IMG/VR virus record: IMGVR_UViG_3300017963_000231
Span: 22,829-86,828 of that record
Origin: a virus
Length of the DNA: 64,000 nt
Reading direction: 5' to 3' (one strand)
Positions 45,575 through 55,589 of this stretch are shown here, piece by piece; positions within the stretch are counted from its first letter, which is position 1; every line of letters begins with the position of its first letter. The notes under the pieces are model-generated. The model was not told the DNA's origin, made no database searches, and saw only the letters and a program-made list of their open reading frames with translations. The position numbers and the translations under genes are program-made.

Positions 45575-48500
45575 ATGGCATTCGGCGGCGGTGGAATGGC
45601 TGGATCGGTCGGTCTTGGGTTTGTGATGAGCCTGAAAGACAATGTGACCGGCCCGGCTATGAAAATCCACAAGTCAGTTCTTGCGCTTCAAACGGGTCTA
45701 TCGAGACTGTCCATGGGGTTCGGCCTTCTCGGAGGTGCGATGGCCGGGATGGGCGGTGGAATTGCAATGGGGTTAGCCGGAGGTGTCAAAGCGGCTACGC
45801 GATTTGAAGGGACATTGAAAACTATCCAAGGAATCACGGGGGCGGCATTTGACGATAAGCAATTGGATGCTTTAGGGAGTAGGATTGACCAGATTACATC
45901 TACTCTTCCGATGTCCTCTCAGCAAATGGCAGACGCGATGCAACAAGCCGCTCAACAAGGTCTTGTGTTTGGTAAGACCGGAGAAGAGGCGGCAAAGACT
46001 CTTGAGAGGATCGGTTTTGAGGCCGCTCAGTTATCGGCTATTACGGGAGATATGACGGCGGCAGAAGCTCTTGGCGGAATGGGTGCGACTCTCAAGCAGT
46101 TCAATTTGGATATCTCGGAAAATGCCGGGGCCTTGTCGGATTCGATGGTCATGGTGCGAAATTCAACTAGGGCCACCGTTCCCTGGCTCATGGAAGTCAA
46201 TTCACGGGCGGCGGGTACTGCCAAGACGTTTGGATTGACGGCGGCTGAATTCCAAGGAGTTTCCGGTGTGGTTGCGGACGTTGTGAAGCAACCGCAAGGT
46301 GCCGCGTCCGGTTTGACTATGATTTTCAACTCGATACTCAAGAAATCGGGGAAATTCGCCAAGCTGATGGGGATGGATGTCAAGAGTTTCCAGGCCGCGA
46401 TGATGGAGGAAGGTGGTCCATCGGCAATGTTCCAGGGCATTGTAGGACAACTCAGTAAACTGGATAAATTCCAAAAGGCGGCGATATTTAAGGAACTCGG
46501 GATTGGCGGTCGATTCGCGACTCGGGTAATGAACTCTCTTATCGCGGCGAATGATAAGATGATTGACGGGCAAACTAACCTATCGCTCGTTATTGGTCAG
46601 GCGAATGCGGCATGGTTGGCCGGGATGAGGCGGGGAAATAATCCCAATGCGTTTTATGAGAGGATGAGCAAAACTGCGGGGGCTCTTTTTGCGACTTTCC
46701 AAGGTAACATCGAGAACATCAAAAAGCAGTTGGGAAAAGAACTACTTGTGGCAGTGAAGCCTCTACTGAATGCTTTGATTGGGATTCAGACGGCATTTCT
46801 CGCGATTGAACCCGCTCAGAAGAGGCTTCTTGTGGTTATACTCGGGATTGTCTCTGCGATTCTGACTCTTTCCGGGATGTTGACATTGGTAATTGCGGGA
46901 TTCATGATGTTTGGGACGGTGCTTATTCCGGCGCTTCTTGTGGCGATTCCATTGGTTTTGGGAGTTGCGGCGGCAATCGGAGCAGTAGTCGGAGCACTGT
47001 ACGTGTTCAAAGGTGAAGGGAAATCGGCATTTCAGTTCCTCGGAGATGGTTTCAATTCTTTGATGCTCGGGGCATCTGATTTTATTGGCGGTTTCATTAA
47101 TGCGTGGCGTGGAATGGGAAAGGCTTTTATGGGTCCATGGAAAGAGGCCGGGAGTGCGATATCGAGTGTGATCAATGAGCTTCTTTATACGTTGGGCATT
47201 ACTGGAGAATGGGGTGATACTCTTAAAGACCTTGGGACTATTCTCGGTATAAAAGTAGGGAATGCCATAAAAAGGATAGGGCAAAAATTCAATAAATTTG
47301 TTCAAAAATGGTATCCCTTTATGACGGGATTTGTGTCGAGGATGGAGAAAGCCCGGAAGCCGATTAAGGCTATTGGGATGGCGCTTTTTGATATTTTTGA
47401 GGCTATCGGAAGTCTTGGAAAGCGTGTCCTCGAATTCTTTGGTCTTTGGTCTGATGATGGGCAAGATGCAATGGGTGACATTGCGGGAGGTATTGCCAAA
47501 GGCGAAGCGGCGGCAGATAGGTTCGTTGCTTCTTTGGAGAAGATTGCCGGACGGCTTGAAAAAATAGATGAAAAAATAGATGCAATTGATGTTGAAGGAG
47601 TTTTTAAGGGTGCCGAAGAGGGATTTAAGAAAGGCATTGAACCGTTACGGAAGTTATCCGTCGGGCTTGAAGGGGTGTTCTCTAGTTTGAGTAGGTCGAT
47701 TCAGAGAATCGGGACTCTTTTGGATACGGATATAGGTAAAGGCGTTACGGTAATGGATGGCTTAAACGCCGTGACTTTTGCATTGAATGTGCAATTCGGA
47801 TTGATGGCTCTTGCTTTGAATCAGGTCGCTTTAGCGATTGAGTTGATCGTTATCCATTTGACTTCTATGGGTCAGATTGTGAAAGGAGCGGCTCAATTAT
47901 GGTGGGCGGTTTTTGGTACTGCTTTACCCGCATCCCTACATATTCTGGCTTTAACGGTAAAGCAGATATTTAACAATATTTTAGGGACAGTGGGATCTAT
48001 TTTGCAGGAAGTTGGCGGATTAATTAATAAATTTACGAGTGACCATCCGAAGTTGGCTAAGATGCTTGGGGTTGATCCAAGTGTGGGACAAGGACTTGTT
48101 CTTTGGGGAGAAAGTCTACAAGAAGGTGCAATGGATACGGAGGGGACGGAAAAGAAAATTGCCGCGCTTAAGAAGGAAATCACAGGGGCTTTCGATCCGG
48201 CGATAGAGAGTTTCAAGGAAGCCGGGAAATCCCATCAGTACATGGGGGATGCGTTTAACGATTGGTCTAAGAGAACGGCAGATATTTTGGGGATGAAAGA
48301 ACATAAACCACCTATGGATAAGGTGCCAGGACGGGGAGAATTATTTGGTCCTCCGGCCCCTGCTCCGATGGTGGAGCCTCCTGGATTTGCTAATCTTATG
48401 GATTTCTACAAAGATGCGATGGCCCCGCCAGGGCAAGTTTCCGGTGGGATAAGTGCTGATATGTCGGGAGAGGCGTTGAAATCAGCAATCGCGGCAGTGA

Positions 48501-48667
48501 CCGTCGAACCGGAGGTGGATAATACGGTTAATTTGACAACAACTCAGAATTTCACCGTGCCGATTACTGCCCATCTTCCCGGCGTGGCAGATGCAATTAA
48601 GGGTATGGCCAAGGCAAATAATGTGAGTAAGCGTGAGCAAGTTACTCAGAGTTCGGAGGGGAGCTAA
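45575..48667 (+). CDS. Tape measure protein
   Basis: 1030 aa, Ala/Gly-rich helical with hydrophobic segments; position. Confidence 0.92.
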   Translation: MAFGGGGMAGSVGLGFVMSLKDNVTGPAMKIHKSVLALQTGLSRLSMGFGLLGGAMAGMGGGIAMGLAGGVKAATRFEGTLKTIQGITGAAFDDKQLDALGSRIDQITSTLPMSSQQMADAMQQAAQQGLVFGKTGEEAAKTLERIGFEAAQLSAITGDMTAAEALGGMGATLKQFNLDISENAGALSDSMVMVRNSTRATVPWLMEVNSRAAGTAKTFGLTAAEFQGVSGVVADVVKQPQGAASGLTMIFNSILKKSGKFAKLMGMDVKSFQAAMMEEGGPSAMFQGIVGQLSKLDKFQKAAIFKELGIGGRFATRVMNSLIAANDKMIDGQTNLSLVIGQANAAWLAGMRRGNNPNAFYERMSKTAGALFATFQGNIENIKKQLGKELLVAVKPLLNALIGIQTAFLAIEPAQKRLLVVILGIVSAILTLSGMLTLVIAGFMMFGTVLIPALLVAIPLVLGVAAAIGAVVGALYVFKGEGKSAFQFLGDGFNSLMLGASDFIGGFINAWRGMGKAFMGPWKEAGSAISSVINELLYTLGITGEWGDTLKDLGTILGIKVGNAIKRIGQKFNKFVQKWYPFMTGFVSRMEKARKPIKAIGMALFDIFEAIGSLGKRVLEFFGLWSDDGQDAMGDIAGGIAKGEAAADRFVASLEKIAGRLEKIDEKIDAIDVEGVFKGAEEGFKKGIEPLRKLSVGLEGVFSSLSRSIQRIGTLLDTDIGKGVTVMDGLNAVTFALNVQFGLMALALNQVALAIELIVIHLTSMGQIVKGAAQLWWAVFGTALPASLHILALTVKQIFNNILGTVGSILQEVGGLINKFTSDHPKLAKMLGVDPSVGQGLVLWGESLQEGAMDTEGTEKKIAALKKEITGAFDPAIESFKEAGKSHQYMGDAFNDWSKRTADILGMKEHKPPMDKVPGRGELFGPPAPAPMVEPPGFANLMDFYKDAMAPPGQVSGGISADMSGEALKSAIAAVTVEPEVDNTVNLTTTQNFTVPITAHLPGVADAIKGMAKANNVSKREQVTQSSEGS

Positions 48668-49167
48668 TGGCTGATGCAGATTGGTGGAACAATCCACTAA
48701 AAATTCGGTTCCTGAATCTTCGGACTCGAACGACTCTGACGGGAATTTATAATCCGGAGACTCTAAGGGTATCGGAGCAAGCTGAGTACGCTGAAATTAA
48801 AATTCCGGGGGGTCCGGATTCGTACTATCAGTGGATTAATGGTGGGGCGATGTCTATTCCCTTGACTCTTTTTTTGAATGAGTACGGAGAGGGCATTCAG
48901 AATAGAAGAGGGTATGTGGATGAGGCAATTACGTTCTTTCGGGATGCCATGTCCCCAAAGCCCGTGACGTATGGGGGGCGAATCGTAAAGACTGCTCCAG
49001 ATGTACTCAGGCTCTTTTGGGGGCAAATGACTTTTGGGGAACCCGCTCCGGGACTCAACGTGATTATTGCCGCGATGGATACTGAAATTGTAATGGCGGA
49101 TAAATTTACGATCAAGCCCGTGAGGGCCTTTGTGGATCTCGAATTAAAGAGATTTACGTTTATCTAG
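48667..49167 (+). CDS. Baseplate tube-initiator-like protein
   Basis: YNPETL...YAEIKIPG...LFWG...PVRA.V.LEL pattern. Confidence 0.7.
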   Translation: MADADWWNNPLKIRFLNLRTRTTLTGIYNPETLRVSEQAEYAEIKIPGGPDSYYQWINGGAMSIPLTLFLNEYGEGIQNRRGYVDEAITFFRDAMSPKPVTYGGRIVKTAPDVLRLFWGQMTFGEPAPGLNVIIAAMDTEIVMADKFTIKPVRAFVDLELKRFTFI

Positions 49168-49177
49168 GAGTGGAATC

Positions 49178-49492
49178 ATGCCGGTTTACACGGGATCAAG
49201 ATATCGACTAAGCCGAGTGATCAAGTTTATTCTTGAGGGAAATCTAACGAAGAGGCTTTTGATTAGGTACAACATGCTCAAATCGAGCGTGTTTGAAAAC
49301 GGGAGAGTGGAATTCCTTGATTATGTGGTACAAGAGGGGGATCGTTTTGATAGTCTGGCGGCTACTTACGCCGGGGATGCGACAAAATGGTGGGTCATCG
49401 CAGAGGTGAACGATTTTGTGGGCTTTCCTTTGGATTTGGAGCCAGGGACTAGATTAAGGATTCCTCCGCAGTCCTATTTCGAGGAGGTATAA
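49178..49492 (+). CDS. LysM / tail X baseplate protein
   Basis: YVVQEGDRFDSLAATYAGD..KWWVIAEVN...LRIP. Confidence 0.85.
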   Translation: MPVYTGSRYRLSRVIKFILEGNLTKRLLIRYNMLKSSVFENGRVEFLDYVVQEGDRFDSLAATYAGDATKWWVIAEVNDFVGFPLDLEPGTRLRIPPQSYFEEV

Positions 49493-49493
49493 G

Positions 49494-50870
49494 ATGGCTT
49501 TATTTCGTGAGCAAGTAGATGATACGGGTGAAAATCCAGAAATGGAAAATTTCAATGCTCTTGGAACGCCGGATGAGGAGTTTACGGTGATTAAGGACGT
49601 GAACTCTCCGATCTGCTTCCTGGACTTGAAATTGGACGGTGAGTGGGTTCCGATGGAAGAAATCGGGATTCGGAGACTCGTGACTGAAGTGGAGATAAAT
49701 GATTGTACTGACTGCAAAAAGAAAGAAGGACAGTTGAATTTTTATGATCCGGACGGGAGTTTGATTGAATCAGAACTTCTTTCTGAGGGCCTTGAACTTC
49801 GGATAGGGATGGGCTTTCTTGGGGATGTCAGGAACTTCGGATCATGGGTTGTCAATGAGGTAAATCCGATTATTGGTCCGACTGACTTTCGGCTTGAAAT
49901 GAAATTGCAGTGCCTTTCGTGTTTTATGGATCGGACGGCTGATCTTGCTCGGTATGAAAATATCACGGCGGGGGAGATTGCCAAGCTAGTTGCGGCTAAA
50001 TATGGTTTGGAACCGAGTGTGGCCGATCCAGGAGATGTCATTCCGGAGTTTTCTCAGGCGTATGAATCGGATTGGTCAGTAATGGATAAGCTGGCTCAGT
50101 CTTATGGGTATCATTGGTATGTAGAGGATGATCAGTTGATTTTTCGTCCTCCAGAATCGAAAACTGCAAATTTTGAACTCAACTTCTGGCCCAAGCCAGT
50201 AGAGGGGCAAAATCCGCGCTCGTTCCGTTTTGGGAATCTGGCTTCGGCCCGGTATTCCTGCAAAAAGGATTCTGAGTGCGGGAAATCCTCTTGAAATCAG
50301 AAGTGTGACTCCCAGGTGGGAGCAAGAATTTTCGCAAAAAGCGATGTGTTGAATGACCCGTTTGTCCGGGCTCAGTATGAGTATTTTTCGGAGAACGGTC
50401 AGGATCCTCTCGGATTAGAGGAGTTCTATGGGTATGTGAATCGGGAGACCGGGGAGAATGTGCCTTTTTCTTACTACATGAACTCCATCGATCTTTCGGC
50501 AGGAGGGGCGGCGATATTCTCTACCCGTCTTACTAGTTCCGAACGGCAGTGTAAAGATGGGTGTGGGATTGACGGTGAGTGTTCTTATGGCATTACTCAT
50601 CTTCAGGCCGGGTTGATGATTCCCGTTCTTGGGATTGGGACCAAATATTCTGGTCTTTACGAGCTTTCCAAAGTGCGTCATCGATATGATAGCAATGGAT
50701 ACCATACGTCGTTCGAGGGTAAATGTATAACGCGGGCCAGGGGTAAAGCGGAGTGTGATCCATGTGATCCATGTTGTGGCCCAAGCTACTCGAATAACAC
50801 GCGGTCACAACGGACAGGCCAAAAGTGGAGGACTTCTAAGTTGAGTGTGGATCAGGAGGTCGATGGATGA
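49494..50870 (+). CDS. Baseplate hub (gpD/gp27-like) interrupted by an in-frame TGA at 50292-50294
   Basis: QAYESDWSVMDKLAQSYG in the first half, G.KYSGLYELSKVRH..D.NGY.T.F in the second; both ORFs are in the same frame. Confidence 0.8.
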
Positions 50871-52045
50871 GAATTTATACTGGAGAGAAGGTCAGATACG
50901 TAGGAAAGTATCGAGGCTTTGTTACAAATATCGAGGATCCAGATCAGCAATTCAGGATTAAGGCTATTGTTCCGCAAGTGTTGGGAGAGGTAGAATGTAA
51001 TTGGGCATTGCCGATGCTCCCCGGAGGGCAGAATGATCCAAAGTTACCTGAATTAGATGAGATGGTCTGGATCGAATTCGAGGATGGAGACCCGAATTTC
51101 CCGACGTGGCGAGGGGGGTTTCCGAGTACGGCTCAAGGAGAGAAACCCGTGCCGAGTGAGGCAAGGGGCGAAGATGGGGATACGGTTCTTCCGCCGAGAG
51201 GAACATCTACCAGAACGCTCGCAGATGGAACGGAGCTTGCGGAACCGGCAGTAGCCTATGCAGGGGCCTATGGTGTTGAATCTCGCAAGACTCGGGGCGG
51301 TCAAAGGATCGAGATTGATCCAACTCCGGATGCTCGTAGAATGGCCGTCATGAACGAAGGCAACAACTTTTCGATGGAGTGTAATGAGCAGGGGTGTTAC
51401 CGGCAGAGGGTAAGCCGGTGTGATACGGTGTGTTCCGGGAGTAACTGCCAGACTAATTGTGGATCGTGCCGGTGTGTGAATTGTGGCCCATGTTACACGG
51501 AAAGCCGGAAAGACTGCAATACCGTTTGTAAGGGCAAATCGGGGTTTACCTATAATGGCGATGTTCGAGTGGTGCTTGGAGGAGGGGAAAACCAAGTAAT
51601 CTGTAACGGAGTTTTGGAGATCACCGGATCAGGGCAGTTGAAGCTATCTCTCGGGAGTGCCGTAGGCCAAGCCGTGGCCGGGAATCTTCAGCACGGGGTT
51701 ATGGGAGCCCAAGAGAATGTCATTCTGGAGAACAAGCAGGAAGTTATCGGGAACGCTTCGGCTCGGGCAATCGGGAAATCCGTAGATGTTTTGACCGGTA
51801 AGTATCAGATGAAAGCCTCAACCAATGAAATGAACATGGATGGACTTGCGGTGAGGTTGGGGGATGAGCTTTTGGCTCTAAGTCCATTGCTCAAAGGAAC
51901 GGAAGTCTTGACTCTTTTGAATGCTTTTATTCAGTGGGCAATGACTCATACCCATCCATCTGATGGGGCTCCGGCTACTCCTCCTTGGACGGGAGGACTT
52001 TTAACGCCGGGAGTGCATACATCAAATAAGGTGTTTACGGAATGA
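50867..52045 (+). CDS. Baseplate spike (gpV/gp5-like), Cys-rich
   Basis: GKYRGFVTNIEDP...RIKA.VP, VWIEFEDGDPNFP and C-terminal HTH (HxH) motif. Confidence 0.9.
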   Translation: MRIYTGEKVRYVGKYRGFVTNIEDPDQQFRIKAIVPQVLGEVECNWALPMLPGGQNDPKLPELDEMVWIEFEDGDPNFPTWRGGFPSTAQGEKPVPSEARGEDGDTVLPPRGTSTRTLADGTELAEPAVAYAGAYGVESRKTRGGQRIEIDPTPDARRMAVMNEGNNFSMECNEQGCYRQRVSRCDTVCSGSNCQTNCGSCRCVNCGPCYTESRKDCNTVCKGKSGFTYNGDVRVVLGGGENQVICNGVLEITGSGQLKLSLGSAVGQAVAGNLQHGVMGAQENVILENKQEVIGNASARAIGKSVDVLTGKYQMKASTNEMNMDGLAVRLGDELLALSPLLKGTEVLTLLNAFIQWAMTHTHPSDGAPATPPWTGGLLTPGVHTSNKVFTE

Positions 52046-52203
52046 GCGAAAAACGATCAATGCCACCTATGGTAGCCCGTCTCCGGAAGATCGAGGGGAT
52101 GGTAAAAGAATTGGGTGTCCTTTACAAGCAAGAGGCCGAAAAGAAATTGGCGACTATTGCTAAGATAGAGGAGGTTCGTCGTGGGCGAATGGAAAAAGGT
52201 TGA
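52042..52203 (+). CDS. Small protein (53 aa, not in the track)
   Basis: ATGA overlap; fills the gap. Confidence 0.45.
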   Translation: MSEKRSMPPMVARLRKIEGMVKELGVLYKQEAEKKLATIAKIEEVRRGRMEKG

Positions 52204-53113
52204 TATGGCTGACTTTTATCCCTCCGGGGATATTCAAAGTCTTGCAACGTCAGTGTCCGATGTGGCGGATGATGTAGCGGATGCGTTTAATATCGCGGCT
52301 GATGCGGTTGAGCTTCTGGCTAATTTTTTCGTGGATGAGATTGATCCTATTGCGGCATTGACGGATGTTATTATCGATGAGATTACCAATTTTATTGGAG
52401 ATCTTCGGACGGCGAGTGCTTCCATTTTACCCGTGGTCCCGCAGGATAGGTTTTATCGAGGAGGTATCGAGGGGTTCATTGGGGCCGTGTCTCGATCTTT
52501 CGATGACCGGGCTGATTCGGAGAGGCCCATTCTCTCGCCATCATCTGATACCGTGGGGTACGTCTTTGCTTACGGGGCAACGGATCTAAAAGAACTGTAC
52601 GATGATTTTTTGGGGAGTGCGATTTCGCTTTTCGACCTTGGAGCCCTGGAGGATTGGAAGTTTGCGGCGGATCCTGACTCGGTTCCAAGTCGGGCCGTGA
52701 GGCAAAGCAGTGGTGTTCCTCCGGATTGGGAATCTATCCGGGTGAGTGACGTATTTCCACCTTACGATGACCTTCTCGGGGAACTGGAGAAGGCGGCGAA
52801 GATATTTGGCCGGGGTGATTCAACTCAGGATTTCGTGAGGGATATGGCGGCAACTATTCGAGCGAAGGCTCAGACGTTGGATGCTCTGGCAAGCTACATA
52901 ACATTCTTTGCGAATCAAGTAGAGAACTTGTTTCAGTTGGAGAATATCTGGTATTTGAAGGTCGGTCCTACTCAAGGGATCGAGAATTGGCGACAAGAGC
53001 TTTTGACGGCTTCCAATCGTCCTCCTTACAAAGGGGAGCTATTTTACGTGGCCGGTCTGGCCGTGTTTGCCGGGGGAGCAGATGTTGCTACATTAGAGGA
53101 GTTGCTAGGATGA
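52181..53113 (+). CDS. Hypothetical helical virion protein
   Basis: RBS GAGGAGG; within the baseplate operon. Confidence 0.7.
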   Translation: MGEWKKVDMADFYPSGDIQSLATSVSDVADDVADAFNIAADAVELLANFFVDEIDPIAALTDVIIDEITNFIGDLRTASASILPVVPQDRFYRGGIEGFIGAVSRSFDDRADSERPILSPSSDTVGYVFAYGATDLKELYDDFLGSAISLFDLGALEDWKFAADPDSVPSRAVRQSSGVPPDWESIRVSDVFPPYDDLLGELEKAAKIFGRGDSTQDFVRDMAATIRAKAQTLDALASYITFFANQVENLFQLENIWYLKVGPTQGIENWRQELLTASNRPPYKGELFYVAGLAVFAGGADVATLEELLG

Positions 53114-53496
53114 AAGGTGTAGATCAGGATATATTGCATCAAGTGATCACGGAATTGATGGAAGATGCATCTCCGGACAAGGAGGAGAGGATAGTACAGG
53201 CTATTCGGGATGTGAAGAAAGACTTGTCCTCGAAGCAACGGAATTTCCGGAGCCTGACATCAAAACTGGAGAAGATCGAGGGATTGATTAAGTCGCTTTC
53301 ATCGAACGGCAGTGACGCATCTACCAAGTTGATCATAGAGTTGTTGAAAAAGCGGCGAATATCTCTGGAATCGGATTTGGAAAGTATAAATCTCTCGAAG
53401 ATGGTGAAGAAGCTGGGGTATCTGGAGCAGGAATTGGAATCCGTCAAGGTCAATCAGGACATCATTGAGCAGATAAGGGAGAATTTACATGGCTGA
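53110..53496 (+). CDS. Coiled-coil hypothetical protein
   Basis: ATGA overlap; RBS GAGGAG. Confidence 0.6.
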   Translation: MKGVDQDILHQVITELMEDASPDKEERIVQAIRDVKKDLSSKQRNFRSLTSKLEKIEGLIKSLSSNGSDASTKLIIELLKKRRISLESDLESINLSKMVKKLGYLEQELESVKVNQDIIEQIRENLHG

Positions 53497-53899
53497 TGTT
53501 ATCGGTATAGGTTGGGATTTTCCTTTTAATTTCGATGACAACGGGAGAGTATCTAAGAGTTCGGATCAACCTGATGGTACTTCTTCGCCTTCGGCCTCGA
53601 AGCAACACCTTTATGAGGGACTTTACCAGTTGATTCAAACGGCGATTGGGGAAAGGTTGATGCGGACGAATCTCGGGTGTGGGATTCATGATTTTGTGTT
53701 TGAGGTAAATGATGAGACATTACTTTCGCTCATTCTTTACTATGTTTCGGATGCTATCGCTCGATGGGATTACCGGGTAGATATCATCGGGATTGACGGG
53801 ATAGTGGATCAGGGAACGTTGAAGGCTACTTTGAGTTTCAAAGTGCGGAATACTCAGGAAGTCAACAATTTAGTCATTCCGCTTGTGGAGGGTGTGTAA
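53489..53899 (+). CDS. Baseplate wedge / sheath initiator (gp25/gpW-like)
   Basis: GWDFPF, T.IGERLMR..LGC.I..FVFE. Confidence 0.9.
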   Translation: MADVIGIGWDFPFNFDDNGRVSKSSDQPDGTSSPSASKQHLYEGLYQLIQTAIGERLMRTNLGCGIHDFVFEVNDETLLSLILYYVSDAIARWDYRVDIIGIDGIVDQGTLKATLSFKVRNTQEVNNLVIPLVEGV

Positions 53900-53900
53900 A

Positions 53901-55589
53901 ATGGCGACAAATTTTGTGGAACCGAAAATTGACTACACAAGCAGGGACTTTCCTGCAATTCGGGATGATGCGATAAATTCCATCGCTCAGTTCACTTCGG
54001 AATGGACGGACCATAACCCTGATGATTTTGGGATCGTGCTTGTTGAGCTTTTCGCGGCAATGGGGGATATGCTCAATTGGTACGCGGATAGGCTGACGAA
54101 TGAGAATTACCTTGATTCGGCGGTTTCGCGTCCTTCAGTTTCCAAGCTGATCGCTTTGCTTGGGGAATCGTTTCGAGGTATTCAGTCTGCTATTACAACG
54201 GTACAATTTTCTATCACAACTCCTTTGGGGTATGATTTGACCATTCCGGTCGGGACAAGGATTCGCTCATCTTCCCTAACCAACCCCATTGATTTCGAGA
54301 CGGATGAGGAGACGGTGATTCTAACCGGAAACCTTCTTTCAGGGCTTGTGTCGGCTACTCAGGGGGTAACGTACAATTTGGCTCTTGGAACGGCTGATGG
54401 GTCGCAATTCCAGTCTTACTTAGTTAATCTGGATGACATTCTTGAGGACGATATTGATGTTTACGTGGATGGCATTTTGTGGCCTCGAACTGAATCATTG
54501 GTCCTTCTCGGTGCGACTGAGAGGGGTTGGCAACTTTACAAGGATCCAAACGATGATCTTTATATTCAATTTGGAGATGGGATCAACGGAGCCATTCCTC
54601 CGGCTACCGTAGCCGTGGCGGCTGATGTGCGGCAAAGCGTTGGGTCACAAGGAAACTTAGGAGTTGGGGCAATTACCGTGGTGGTATCGACTTTCCCGGT
54701 TACAGTGGGAGTGACGAATACCGAGCTTGCTTCTGGAGGAGGACCGGCAGAAACGATTGCGGCGGCAAAACGTAGGGCTCCCGCATCATTTCGGACCTTG
54801 GGCCGGGCAGTGTCTTTGGATGATTACTCAACCCTGGCTTTGAACGTGAGTGGGGTAGGGAAAGCCAAGGCGGCTTACGGGGGTGTGGCCCGGATCGATA
54901 TTTACATTGCTCCGGTGGGCGGGGGTGCGGCTTCTCAAGCCCTTTTGGACAACGTAGAGGAGTATTTGGATACCGTTCGAATGGCGGGGGATGGAATCAG
55001 TACCTACTCCGCTACTTATGTGGATATCAACATGACCGGGACCGTAACCGTCCTTTCGGCCTATCGGCAGGAGAGTGTGGAAGAGGAAGTGCTCGCGGCG
55101 ATTAGCGATTATTTTGCGGTGGAGAATCGAGAATTTGGGGACGCGACAACTCCTGAAGGTGATATTCGGATATCTGACGTGTTCAATTTGATCGAGACGG
55201 TGGATGGGGTTGACTTTGTGGAGCTTACTCTTTTAACCCGCGTGGCTGATCCTGAATGGCTATTCGCTTCGGGGGATGCGACGTTCGGGGTAGTCTCGAT
55301 CTCCTCCAACACGATTGAGGAAACTTGGACAGTTGTTTTGAATTCGGCTACAACTTTTACCGTTCGAGGGTCAGTTTCGGGGCTTCAATTGGCTACCGGA
55401 GTTTTCGGTTCGGCTTATACGAGTGATAACGGGGAAGTCACATTTACGATTACTGCGGGAGGTACTCCAATGGCTCCTGGAGATCGAGCGGAATTTAAGG
55501 TTTCTCCTCTTGTGGGTTCCGTGGATATCGATGAAACGGAAATCGCGGCAGAGGGGTCAGTCTCACTTACTTTCACGGGCGGTATCTAA
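53901..55589 (+). CDS. Baseplate J/gp6-like wedge protein
   Basis: IDYTSRDF, WTDHNPDDFG.VLVEL, FGDG.NG.IP and RAVSLDDY. Confidence 0.92.
   Translation: MATNFVEPKIDYTSRDFPAIRDDAINSIAQFTSEWTDHNPDDFGIVLVELFAAMGDMLNWYADRLTNENYLDSAVSRPSVSKLIALLGESFRGIQSAITTVQFSITTPLGYDLTIPVGTRIRSSSLTNPIDFETDEETVILTGNLLSGLVSATQGVTYNLALGTADGSQFQSYLVNLDDILEDDIDVYVDGILWPRTESLVLLGATERGWQLYKDPNDDLYIQFGDGINGAIPPATVAVAADVRQSVGSQGNLGVGAITVVVSTFPVTVGVTNTELASGGGPAETIAAAKRRAPASFRTLGRAVSLDDYSTLALNVSGVGKAKAAYGGVARIDIYIAPVGGGAASQALLDNVEEYLDTVRMAGDGISTYSATYVDINMTGTVTVLSAYRQESVEEEVLAAISDYFAVENREFGDATTPEGDIRISDVFNLIETVDGVDFVELTLLTRVADPEWLFASGDATFGVVSISSNTIEETWTVVLNSATTFTVRGSVSGLQLATGVFGSAYTSDNGEVTFTITAGGTPMAPGDRAEFKVSPLVGSVDIDETEIAAEGSVSLTFTGGI

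Noticed and set aside
11530-47464. Long minus-strand ORFs (e.g. 11530-12450, 29468-30619, 42569-43456, 46763-47464)
   Set aside because: They are antisense shadows of well-supported + strand genes with no recognisable motifs.
48021-48033. 13-nt match (TAATTAATAAATT) to the array unit at 10359 with its Cs removed
   Set aside because: Low-complexity AT-only match that stops short of the full unit and was found post hoc; compatible with chance.
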